From Amylibacter sp. (GTDB lineage: Bacteria; Pseudomonadota; Alphaproteobacteria; Rhodobacterales; Rhodobacteraceae), in assembly GCA_021775355.1 (NCBI GenBank), contig JAJFHZ010000025.1:6698-70697 (forward strand): a DNA stretch of 64,000 nt. The letters are read 5' to 3'. Both the position numbers and the translations under genes were made by a program. The notes beneath the pieces were generated by a model. It was not told the origin of the DNA, made no database searches, and saw nothing but the letters and a program-made list of their open reading frames with translations. Positions 29,607-37,796 of this stretch are shown one piece after another (the first letter of the stretch is position 1; every line of letters begins with the position of its first letter).

Positions 29607-31262
29607 ATGTCATCAAACAAATACGTCTACTTTATGGAAGGTGTTTCAAAGACCTACCCCGGCGGTAAAAAATGTTTTGAGAACATCCACTTGTCATTCC
29701 TACCGGGCGTCAAAATCGGTGTGGTCGGCGTAAACGGCACCGGTAAATCCACCCTGATGCGCATCATGGCGGGTATGGATAAGGATTTTCAGGGTGAAGC
29801 ATGGGCTGCCAAAGGCGCCACCGTGGGCTATCTGCCGCAGGAACCGAAACTGGATGAGGCCCTGAATGTACGCGAAAACGTCATGTTGGCGGTTGCCGCC
29901 CAAAAGGCGATTCTGGACAAATACAACGATCTGGCAATGAACTATTCCGATGAAACCGCAGATGAGATGGGCAAATTGCAAGACCAGATCGACGCCGAAG
30001 ATCTGTGGAACCTTGACGCCAGCATCGACATTGCGATGGAAGCCCTGCGCTGCCCGCCCGATGACGCGGATGTTAAAACCCTGTCGGGCGGTGAAGCCCG
30101 CCGTGTGGCGCTTTGCAAACTGCTGTTGGAAAAACCCGACATGCTGCTGTTGGACGAACCCACCAACCATCTGGATGCCGAAACCATCGCATGGTTGCAA
30201 AACCACCTGATCGACTACAAAGGCACCATCCTGATCGTCACCCATGATCGCTATTTTCTGGATGATATCACCGGTTGGATCTTGGAACTCGACCGTGGTC
30301 GCGGCATTCCATACGAAGGCAACTATTCCGCATGGGTCGAACAAAAAGCCAAACGCATGGCGCAAGAAGCCCGCGAAGACAAATCCAAATCCAAAACGCT
30401 GGAACGTGAACTGGAATGGATGCGTCAGGGCCAAAAAGCCCGCCAAGCCAAACAAAAAGCCCGCGTCAATGCTTATAACGAACTGGCGGGTCAGTCTGAA
30501 CGCGATAAAGTCGGCAAAGCCCAGATCATCATCCCCAGCGGGCCACGCTTGGGGGCCAAAGTGATTGAAGTAGAAAACATGTCGAAAGCTTATGGCAACA
30601 ACCTGTTGATCGATGATCTTTCGTTCAGCCTGCCGCCGGGTGGTATTGTCGGTGTGATCGGCCCCAACGGGGCGGGTAAATCAACGCTGTTTCGGATGCT
30701 GACGGGGCAGGAACAGCCCGATAGCGGTACGGTTGAATTTGGCGACACGGTGAAACTTAGCTACGTCGATCAGTCGCGTGATGCGCTGGACGACAAGAAA
30801 ACCGTCTGGGATGAAATTTCAGGCGGCAATGATATTATCCAACTGGGGGACGCGGAAGTGAATTCACGCGCCTATTGTTCCAGCTTCAACTTCAAGGGTG
30901 GTGACCAGCAAAAACCGCTGGGGCTGCTTTCTGGTGGCGAACGCAACCGCGTTCATATGGCGAAGCTTTTGAAGGATGGCGGCAACGTGCTGCTGCTGGA
31001 TGAGCCGACAAACGATCTGGATATCGAAACCCTGCGGGCATTGGAAGATGCGCTGACGGATTTCGCGGGCTGTGCGGTGGTGATCAGCCACGACCGTTTC
31101 TTTCTGGACCGTATCTGTACCCACATGCTGGCGTTCGAGGGGGACAGCCACGTGGAATGGTTTGAAGGCAACTTTGAGGACTATGAAGAAGACAAAAAAC
31201 GCCGTCTGGGGCCGGACGCCTGCGAGCCGAAACGGGTGAAATACAAGAAGTTCACACGATAA
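29607..31262 (+). CDS. ettA: Energy-dependent translational throttle protein (ABC-F)
   Basis: 551 aa with two ABC cassettes (GVNGTGKST, GPNGAGKST; LSGGE x2) and the EttA-type N-terminus VYFMEGVSKTYP. Confidence 0.95.
   Translation: MSSNKYVYFMEGVSKTYPGGKKCFENIHLSFLPGVKIGVVGVNGTGKSTLMRIMAGMDKDFQGEAWAAKGATVGYLPQEPKLDEALNVRENVMLAVAAQKAILDKYNDLAMNYSDETADEMGKLQDQIDAEDLWNLDASIDIAMEALRCPPDDADVKTLSGGEARRVALCKLLLEKPDMLLLDEPTNHLDAETIAWLQNHLIDYKGTILIVTHDRYFLDDITGWILELDRGRGIPYEGNYSAWVEQKAKRMAQEAREDKSKSKTLERELEWMRQGQKARQAKQKARVNAYNELAGQSERDKVGKAQIIIPSGPRLGAKVIEVENMSKAYGNNLLIDDLSFSLPPGGIVGVIGPNGAGKSTLFRMLTGQEQPDSGTVEFGDTVKLSYVDQSRDALDDKKTVWDEISGGNDIIQLGDAEVNSRAYCSSFNFKGGDQQKPLGLLSGGERNRVHMAKLLKDGGNVLLLDEPTNDLDIETLRALEDALTDFAGCAVVISHDRFFLDRICTHMLAFEGDSHVEWFEGNFEDYEEDKKRRLGPDACEPKRVKYKKFTR
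31237..31262 (+). repeat. Copy 1 of the 26-nt ettA-tail repeat (functional 3' end of ettA)
   Basis: TGAAATACAAGAAGTTCACACGATAA encodes ...KYKKFTR-stop. Confidence 0.85.
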
Positions 31263-31358
31263 TCTGCGCCCTCTGTCCTAGATGGGACATAGGGTTAATG
31301 CTTTGATTTTATTAACTTACTTGATAAACACTCATAGATTATTGTAAATTAAAGTTGA

Positions 31359-31384
31359 TGAAATACAAGAAGTTTACGCGGTAG
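31359..31384 (+). repeat. Copy 2 of the ettA-tail repeat (orphan)
   Basis: TGAAATACAAGAAGTTTACGCGGTAG matches copy 1 at 22 of 26 nt. It encodes the same KYKKFTR-stop, and all four differences are at synonymous third positions or the stop codon. Confidence 0.85.
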
Positions 31385-32281
31385 GATTTCGAGATTAAGA
31401 AACGGACACTCTTTAATAATGGCGAAAGATACGCAACTGCGCTTGGTTTCGTAAACAGTGGGTATCCATGCCCTATTTGTGCTCGCGTCTATTATCTAGA
31501 GCATTTAGAATCAGGCGAGTTAACTGAAGAACATGTCCCTCCCAAAGCAATAGGAGGCAAAGCTATTATTTTAACATGTCGAGAATGTAATAATAATGCT
31601 GGAACTTGGTTCGAAGAAGACCTCATAAAGCGAAAACATCTAATAACACAGGCCAAAGGCATTCTAGGAAGCCAAACTGGAAATTTCGGTCATGTGAAAA
31701 TTGAGATTGGTGGGAACGTTATTAATGCCAATCTCAATAGAAACGATAATCATACTACATTCTTAATCTCAGAGCATAACAACCCTAAAGCAGTAAATCA
31801 GCTTAGACATAGTTTAAAAAATATGGGAGAAGGTGATGAGGTCAAAGTTCATTCAACTAAAGCTTTCATTAAAAATAATATTCGTAAATCTGATTTGAAA
31901 ACCTTATTTCTAACCATGGCAGCAAAATTTGGATATACTATTGCTTTTAATCAGAGGTTAGACATTGTTAGGGAGATTTTGGCTGAAAAAGAAACAAACT
32001 TAAGAATACCGTTATTATATTTGGATACAAATACACAATTGAACGACAAAATTATTATTGATGAAAAGGCTGGAATATTTGGGATGCAAATTGATGACAG
32101 GCTTGCTTTTTGCCCATGGCCTTCACATCCAATTAAGAGATTTACCAATCACATCAAAAGAAATAATCTTAATATTGAATTCACTATAAAAGGCAGTGCT
32201 TTTGACATGCCCGAGTCATTTGAAGCATTGCTAGACACAAAAGCTATGGGTGATAAAAAGCATCCCAGCCCTCGTCCCTAG
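31385..32281 (+). pseudogene. HNH-type (HNH_5-like) nuclease reading frame with no canonical start codon; possibly frameshifted or decayed
   Basis: The frame is open from 31385. It encodes CPICARVYYLEHLESGELTEEHVPPKAIGGKAIILTCRECNNNAG (CxxC...EH...CxxCN). The first ATG/GTG/TTG in frame is GTG at 31694, which lies after the nuclease motif. The region is AT-rich. Confidence 0.55.
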
Positions 32282-32345
32282 ACGAGGGCCGCGCCCGATC
32301 CTCCCCCACGGGAGGGCGCACTGCGCCCACCCTCGTCTCGGGCGC
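32268..32345. repeat. GC-rich multi-hairpin element between convergent AT-rich genes
   Basis: GCCCTCGTC/GACGAGGGC spans the stop codon. Other pairings are CCTCCC-CCAC-GGGAGG, GCGC-ACT-GCGC and GCGCCC/GGGCGC. GACGAGGG (32281) also pairs with CCCTCGTC (32330). Confidence 0.5.
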
Positions 32346-32351
32346 TACGTG

Positions 32352-32519
32352 TTAATTATTTAGAGCTTGGTAAGCCGTGATTAGATCACTCGAACTAAAG
32401 CTAAAAATCAAGCACAATACTATAACAGTGAGTAAAACTGCACCAAGACCAGTACCACGAAATGTACCCATCTTAATATCAGCATCGGCTATTAATTTTA
32501 TAAGATTTTTCAACCCCAT
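32352..32519 (-). CDS. 55-aa small membrane protein
   Basis: GAGGAG lies 7 nt upstream of the ATG at 32519. MGLKNLIKLIADADIKMGTFRGTGLGAVLLTVIVLCLIFSF has one C-terminal TM helix. AT-rich. Confidence 0.55.
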   Translation of the reverse strand: MGLKNLIKLIADADIKMGTFRGTGLGAVLLTVIVLCLIFSFSSSDLITAYQALNN

Positions 32520-32593
32520 GATCGGACTCCTCGCTTTAGTTCGAAAATCATTGGGTTTAGAACTCGATATTAGCGGTTTGCGAAAAGCCTTGT

Positions 32594-32615
32594 AAAGATG
32601 AATCAAAGATGAATC
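32594..32615. repeat. Perfect tandem duplication of the 11-mer AAAGATGAATC
   Basis: Units at 32594-32604 and 32605-32615, about 75-95 nt upstream of the small membrane protein start. Confidence 0.6.
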
Positions 32616-32979
32616 GCGACATTTAAAGTAAATACCCTCATATAAAACCACATTTTGTGGGTAAAACAACCAAAACCACTAGATTAAGGAACCATTCAAG
32701 CTACAGAATGCATTTATGCATTGTTCTCAAGCCAACATATCTAAGGCACTTGCATAACACACACTGCAATTCCCCTCTTCCCCTCCCCCGCATCCTCCAT
32801 TACCCTGCGCTTAGGGTTGGCGTATGCCAGCCTCGGGGCGTTGTAACCCCTCACGGAGCGGCTGACATCAGCCGTTATTGTTGTCTCTTCGATTTCAAGG
32901 TCGGGGAGGCTATGACGCATGTCCAGGGCTTCGGCCTAAAGGTCATGGCGGTCGTCTTCGTGCGGCTTACAAACTCCCC

Positions 32980-33010
32980 GGCTGTCGGTGATCCGACAGC
33001 CGTTTCATTT
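32980..33010 (+). terminator. Terminator-like hairpin GGCTGTCGG-TGAT-CCGACAGCC plus GTTTCATTT
   Basis: Perfect 9-bp stem with a T-rich tail, ending 15 nt before the ATG at 33025. Confidence 0.5.
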
Positions 33011-33024
33011 GGAACAACGGGAGC

Positions 33025-33237
33025 ATGATAATGTCTGACATCGACATCAAAGATATTCGGGTCACGGCCAGCCAGCGCACATGGATTGTGGCCTACTTGC
33101 AGATCGGCGCACCGCACAACCCGAACGATCTGTTTTGCCGATTGCTGGTTGAATTGCTGGGCCAACCGATGGTGAATGAACCCCAAGCGGGGATTATGCT
33201 GCATTTGGTGGATAAGCCCGATCCAAAGGTAAAGTAA
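33025..33237 (+). CDS. 70-aa hypothetical protein
   Basis: GGGAG precedes the ATG. Codon third positions look host-like. No family was recognised. Confidence 0.35.
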   Translation: MIMSDIDIKDIRVTASQRTWIVAYLQIGAPHNPNDLFCRLLVELLGQPMVNEPQAGIMLHLVDKPDPKVK

Positions 33238-33264
33238 TCACGCCAGATTGCCCCACGGCCCCTA

Positions 33265-33278
33265 TTGACCCATATCAA
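33265..33278. promoter_or_regulatory. FixK/FNR-type box TTGACCCATATCAA
   Basis: Perfect TTGA-N6-TCAA about 60 nt upstream of the first gene of the USP pair. Confidence 0.5.
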
Positions 33279-33338
33279 AGCACGTTGTCAGCGGTTGCTT
33301 TAACCTGAAAGCAACTTAACCAAACAGGAGGATTGATT

Positions 33339-33785
33339 ATGTTCAAGAAAATCGTTGTGGGTCTAGACGGTTCCGACCATGCCGAAAACGCATTGCGCGT
33401 TGCTTGCGATATCGGTCAGAAATACAATTCTGAAATTCATCTGGTATACACGGCACACCCCGAAACCGTTGGTTTCGCAGTGGGGGCCGTTGCAGGATTT
33501 CATGCCGCATCAACCATGCCAACAGCGGCAGAGGTTAAGGCGGCAGGTGAAAAAGTTTTGGCAGCCGGTGCAGCCATTGCCAAGGAATGCGGTCAAAAGA
33601 CCACTGAAAGCCATATGGAAACCGGCAATGCCGCCGATCAGATACTGGCCTGTGCAGATGCCTGCGGTGCCGATCTGATTATAACAGGTCGCCGGGGCAT
33701 GGGTGCCATTGGCAGTCTTTTGTTGGGCAGCACATCCCAACGCGTGGCACATTTGGCAAAATGCGCCTGCCTGTCCGTGATCTAA
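33339..33785 (+). CDS. Universal stress protein (paralogue 1)
   Basis: MFKKIVVGLDGS...DLIITGRRGMGAIGSLLLGSTSQRVAHLAKC, with AGGAGG RBS. Confidence 0.9.
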   Translation: MFKKIVVGLDGSDHAENALRVACDIGQKYNSEIHLVYTAHPETVGFAVGAVAGFHAASTMPTAAEVKAAGEKVLAAGAAIAKECGQKTTESHMETGNAADQILACADACGADLIITGRRGMGAIGSLLLGSTSQRVAHLAKCACLSVI

Positions 33786-33851
33786 CTTTCAATTGGTTCG
33801 GGATGAAGGCCCGATAAACAGTTTCAAACTCATCTGATAGGAGGTTTTATT

Positions 33852-34289
33852 ATGTTCAAGAAAATCGTTGTTGGCCTAGACGGTTCCGAAGCGTCTGAAA
33901 AAGCACTGCGCATTGCCTGTGATCTGGCGCAGAAATACGGCGCGAAGATGCATATCGTACACACCCCGCAGGTGGAAACGCTGGCGGTTTACATGGGTGC
34001 GGGCGGTGCGGTTTCGGTCACCCCCAGCCAGAATGAACTGGATGCGGTCGGTGCGCAGGTTATCGAAAACGGTTGCGCCATCGCCAAGGAATGCGGGCAA
34101 AAGGTTGCCAAAACCCATTTGATCCACGGCAACCCCGCCGATCAGGTTTTGCAATGCGCCGAAGATTGCGGGGCCGATCTGATTGTCACGGGCAGGCGCG
34201 GTTTGGGCAGTATTTCGGGCCTGCTTCAGGGCAGCACATCCCAGCGCGTCAGTCATTTGGCAAAATGCGCCTATCTGTCTGTTGCCTGA
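33852..34289 (+). CDS. Universal stress protein (paralogue 2)
   Basis: MFKKIVVGLDGS...DLIVTGRRGLGSISGLLQGSTSQRVSHLAKC. Clearly paralogous to the upstream gene. Confidence 0.9.
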   Translation: MFKKIVVGLDGSEASEKALRIACDLAQKYGAKMHIVHTPQVETLAVYMGAGGAVSVTPSQNELDAVGAQVIENGCAIAKECGQKVAKTHLIHGNPADQVLQCAEDCGADLIVTGRRGLGSISGLLQGSTSQRVSHLAKCAYLSVA

Positions 34290-34422
34290 CTGTGGTTTTC
34301 GCAAGACACCCGTATACCTGCCTTAATTGCCCGTAAATGGCCCTGAAAACGCCACATTTCAGACCTTTGAATTCCATGTTTTGTTGACAGTAAGGAAACA
34401 GTAACCAGTAAGGAGACGTGTC

Positions 34423-34635
34423 ATGAAACCGTTCAAATTAGAAGCCAAACACCTGATCCCCCTAAATGAGACCGCCTATAAGAAAAGCGCCATAACGCAG
34501 CTTTTGCGCGATCTGATCAAACAACCCGACGCGGTTGTTGAAGCAATAGAAAAAACGTCTTTGCGTTTCTCGCGTATCCCGCAGAAACCTTGCACTGTTC
34601 ATACAGGCATTAGACCTTACCTAGCAGCGGTTTAA
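34423..34635 (+). CDS. 70-aa hypothetical protein
   Basis: GGAGA RBS, followed by a strong terminator. No family was recognised. Confidence 0.4.
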   Translation: MKPFKLEAKHLIPLNETAYKKSAITQLLRDLIKQPDAVVEAIEKTSLRFSRIPQKPCTVHTGIRPYLAAV

Positions 34636-34642
34636 TGACCGG

Positions 34643-34683
34643 GCACCCTATTCATTTCTCCCGTGAATAGGGTGCATTTTATT
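34643..34683 (+). terminator. Rho-independent terminator
   Basis: 12-bp perfect stem GCACCCTATTCA/TGAATAGGGTGC, then ATTTTATT. Confidence 0.8.
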
Positions 34684-34786
34684 CAAAATATCGAAACCCC
34701 GACTTGGCCGTGAAAGGCCAATAAGGCTTGCGTTTAAGCCATATCCCTTGCAAAACTTTGTTAAATTAACGCACAGAGGTAAATAT

Positions 34787-35800
34787 ATGCGCAAGGTTCT
34801 GATCACGGGTACCGCAGGTTTTATCGGGTATCACCTTGCCACCCATATGCTGGAAGAAGGCTTTCAGGTCATCGGTTTCGACGGGATGACAGATTACTAC
34901 GATGTCACCCTAAAGCAGCGTCGACACCAAATGCTATTGCAAAATCAGAACTTTACCTGTGTCGAAGCCATGCTGGAAGATTTTGAAACATTGCATAAGC
35001 TGGTTGAACAGACCCGTCCCGACATTATCATTCATTTGGCCGCCCAAGCGGGTGTGCGTTATTCACTGGAAAATCCGCGTGCCTATATCGAAACCAACAT
35101 CGTCGGCACATTCAACGTGATGGAATGCGCACGCGAATTCGGTGTGGAACATCTGTTGATGGCCAGCACATCATCCGTTTATGGTGCCAACACAGACATG
35201 CCGTTTGCGGAAACCGATCAAACCGACACCCAACTAACAATTTATGCCGCCACCAAGAAAGCCAATGAAAATATGGCACATTCTTATGCGCATTTATGGA
35301 AAATCCCGACCACGATGTTTCGGTTCTTTACGGTTTACGGGTCGTGGGGTCGTCCCGATATGGCGCTGTTCAAATTCGTCGATGCCGCCCTGAAAGGCCA
35401 ACCTATAGACGTCTATAACAACGGTGATATGGCGCGTGATTTCACCTATGTGACCGACCTTGTGCACGGTATCTGCCTGCTGTGCGATACGCCACCGGTA
35501 GAGCCAGCCAATCCAGATGATATTGCACCCGGCGATAGCCTAAGCCCGGCGGCCCCCTACCGCACTGTGAACATCGGTAACAACGACAAGGTGCAATTGC
35601 TGGATTTCATAGATCAGATCGAAGCAGCCATTGGCCAACCGATTGAACGCAATTACATGGAAATGCAACAGGGCGATGTGCCAGCCACTTGGGCCAATAC
35701 GGAACTGCTGCAAAGCCTGACAGGTTACAAGCCGCAAACGTCCGTGCGCGAGGGTATAGGCAAATTCGTAGCTTGGTACAGAGATTATTATCAGGTTTAA
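34787..35800 (+). CDS. NAD-dependent nucleotide-sugar epimerase (UDP-glucuronate 4-epimerase-like)
   Basis: VLITGTAGFIGYHL Rossmann motif and YAATKKANE (YxxxK). The start is set at ATG 34787 after AGAGG. Confidence 0.88.
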   Translation: MRKVLITGTAGFIGYHLATHMLEEGFQVIGFDGMTDYYDVTLKQRRHQMLLQNQNFTCVEAMLEDFETLHKLVEQTRPDIIIHLAAQAGVRYSLENPRAYIETNIVGTFNVMECAREFGVEHLLMASTSSVYGANTDMPFAETDQTDTQLTIYAATKKANENMAHSYAHLWKIPTTMFRFFTVYGSWGRPDMALFKFVDAALKGQPIDVYNNGDMARDFTYVTDLVHGICLLCDTPPVEPANPDDIAPGDSLSPAAPYRTVNIGNNDKVQLLDFIDQIEAAIGQPIERNYMEMQQGDVPATWANTELLQSLTGYKPQTSVREGIGKFVAWYRDYYQV

Positions 35801-35803
35801 AGT

Positions 35804-36739
35804 TTAGACTTGCCGACGGTATGTTGCAGGGGCCGTTTGGTGGTATTTCTTGAACACCCGACCAAAAGCGGCTTCAGATTGATATCCCACATCCTCGGCT
35901 ATCTTGATAATCGGGTCATCGGTTTTCAGCAATTTCTGGCTGGCAATTTGCATGCGCCAGTTGGTGATATAAGCCATCGGTGTGACCAGCATGGATTTTA
36001 CAAATAGCATCGCAAAAGACGTACGCGACATACCGGCAATTTTAGCCATATGTCCCAGTGTCCACGGGTATGACGGGTCTTTGTGAATGGCCGTAAGCAC
36101 GCGCGCAATTTGCGGGTTTGTAAAGCCGGACATGACGGGTTTATCTGCACCTTTTTCGTTCAGATAATCCCGCAAAGCCTGTGCAAAGATGATCTCAGAC
36201 ATCTTCAAACCAATCAGATCACCCCCCATCTGTGCGTGCCCAACTTCATTCCCGATCACCCGCAATGTATTTTCCATCCAGCGGCCAGAGTTCTCCCCAT
36301 AATTGCGAATATGGATATAAGACGGCAGGGCATCTATCAGCATATGGTTAGCCTGATCGGCAAATGAAAAATGTCCGCATACCAATTGGGTTTCATGATG
36401 TGTGCCCGGCTCTCCGCCATAAACCAATGCACCCTTTCCTGTATAACCCGACTGTTCCACCACCCGATCCAACTGAACCGCTTGCGCTTCGGTTATCGGG
36501 TCGCAAAAAAGTGTGTGCGTTTCACCGCGTGTGATAATGACCAAATCACCTTGTTCCAACGACACAGGTTTTTTACCATCACCAACCCGCACCAGACACC
36601 GGCCCTTATGGGCGTAATGAAACCGCGCCACGCTTTTATAGGCCGGCACTTTTATGCTCCATGGTGATGTAAAAGATGTCCGAAAGTACAAGGTTCCTGA
36701 CAACTGCAGATGGGATAAAATATCGCTTAATAAGTCCAT
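35804..36739 (-). CDS. AraC family regulator with an N-terminal cupin domain
   Basis: C-terminal IAEDVGYQSEAAFGRVFKKYHQTAPATYRR. Confidence 0.9.
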   Translation of the reverse strand: MDLLSDILSHLQLSGTLYFRTSFTSPWSIKVPAYKSVARFHYAHKGRCLVRVGDGKKPVSLEQGDLVIITRGETHTLFCDPITEAQAVQLDRVVEQSGYTGKGALVYGGEPGTHHETQLVCGHFSFADQANHMLIDALPSYIHIRNYGENSGRWMENTLRVIGNEVGHAQMGGDLIGLKMSEIIFAQALRDYLNEKGADKPVMSGFTNPQIARVLTAIHKDPSYPWTLGHMAKIAGMSRTSFAMLFVKSMLVTPMAYITNWRMQIASQKLLKTDDPIIKIAEDVGYQSEAAFGRVFKKYHQTAPATYRRQV

Positions 36740-36914
36740 AAGGCCTCCGATGTGTACCTATTTCTATGACGGCTTAGCCTATATTTGTAAAGTATCCGTA
36801 CGATCGATCAAGTTATTTGAACTTTTAATCATTAATCTAACGATAATTTTATCTTATCAGTAAGGCATCAATCAAAGATATCACATACCATTTCATCAAT
36901 TAAAGGATAGCCCA

Positions 36915-37442
36915 ATGAAAATCAAAGCAGCCCTTCTGACCGCAGGCATAATCGCATCATTTGCAGGTTCTGTTCAAGCAAACGACCCTGCAAAACTGAA
37001 TGATCTGGAAATCGCGCATGTGGCATATGTTGCTGATAACATCGATATACGTTATGCACATCTGGCCTTGGCTATTTCAAGCAATCCTGCCATTCACACA
37101 TTTGCAAAAACCATGATCCGCGATCATACGGCCGTAAACGAACAGGCGCTTGCACTATTGGCAAAATTGAATGCGCAACCACAGGATAATTTTCTAAGTC
37201 AATCCCTGCAAGAAAATGCAGAAAAGCTGATTACTGAAATGAGTGCGCTTCGCGGTGCCGCATTTGATAAATTTTATGCAGAAAACGAATTGGCATACCA
37301 CAAAGCCGTGAATGACCTGGTTGGTAACGCGTTTATTCCAAACATCGAGAATGCGGAAGTGAAATCACTTTTCGAAGCGGGTCTGGAAATTTTTCGCGCC
37401 CATGAGCATCACGCTGAAAAGATGGTAAGCGAAGTCAACTGA
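36915..37442 (+). CDS. DUF4142 domain periplasmic protein
   Basis: Signal peptide. HVAYVADNIDIRYAHLALA...FAKTMIRDHTAVNEQ is the characteristic duplicated helix pattern. Confidence 0.75.
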   Translation: MKIKAALLTAGIIASFAGSVQANDPAKLNDLEIAHVAYVADNIDIRYAHLALAISSNPAIHTFAKTMIRDHTAVNEQALALLAKLNAQPQDNFLSQSLQENAEKLITEMSALRGAAFDKFYAENELAYHKAVNDLVGNAFIPNIENAEVKSLFEAGLEIFRAHEHHAEKMVSEVN

Positions 37443-37783
37443 TGCAAAAGATCAACAGACGCGATGTTCTGATATGTTCCGTGGCAGCCTATGCTGTCAC
37501 GGGACTTAACGCTGCACAGGCCCATGCAACCCCTGCGACATACACGATAACCATTCACAAGTTCAAATTCGAACCCGACCATATAGACGTTCATGTCGGC
37601 GATACAATCACATGGATCAATCAGGATCTGGCACCGCACACTGCAACCGCCGATACATATGACTGGGACACAGAGATGCTTGAAAAAGGCCAAAGCAAAT
37701 CTTTTCTGGTGAGCGAACGAATGGCAGGCGACTACTTCTGTCAGTTTCATCCAAACATGAAAGGAACGATTACCATAAAGTAA
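37442..37783 (+). CDS. Cupredoxin (plastocyanin/amicyanin-like) copper protein with a Tat-like signal
   Basis: INRRDVL signal. H...CQFHPNMKG is a type 1 copper ligand pattern. One-nt stop/start overlap with the upstream gene. Confidence 0.75.
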   Translation: MQKINRRDVLICSVAAYAVTGLNAAQAHATPATYTITIHKFKFEPDHIDVHVGDTITWINQDLAPHTATADTYDWDTEMLEKGQSKSFLVSERMAGDYFCQFHPNMKGTITIK

Positions 37784-37796
37784 ATTGTTTGATATG

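Noticed and set aside
32657-33204. ORFs 32657..33028 (+) and 32875..33204 (-)
   Set aside because: They are mutually overlapping with odd composition and no motifs. The region is better described as non-coding structured DNA plus the small ORF 33025..33237.
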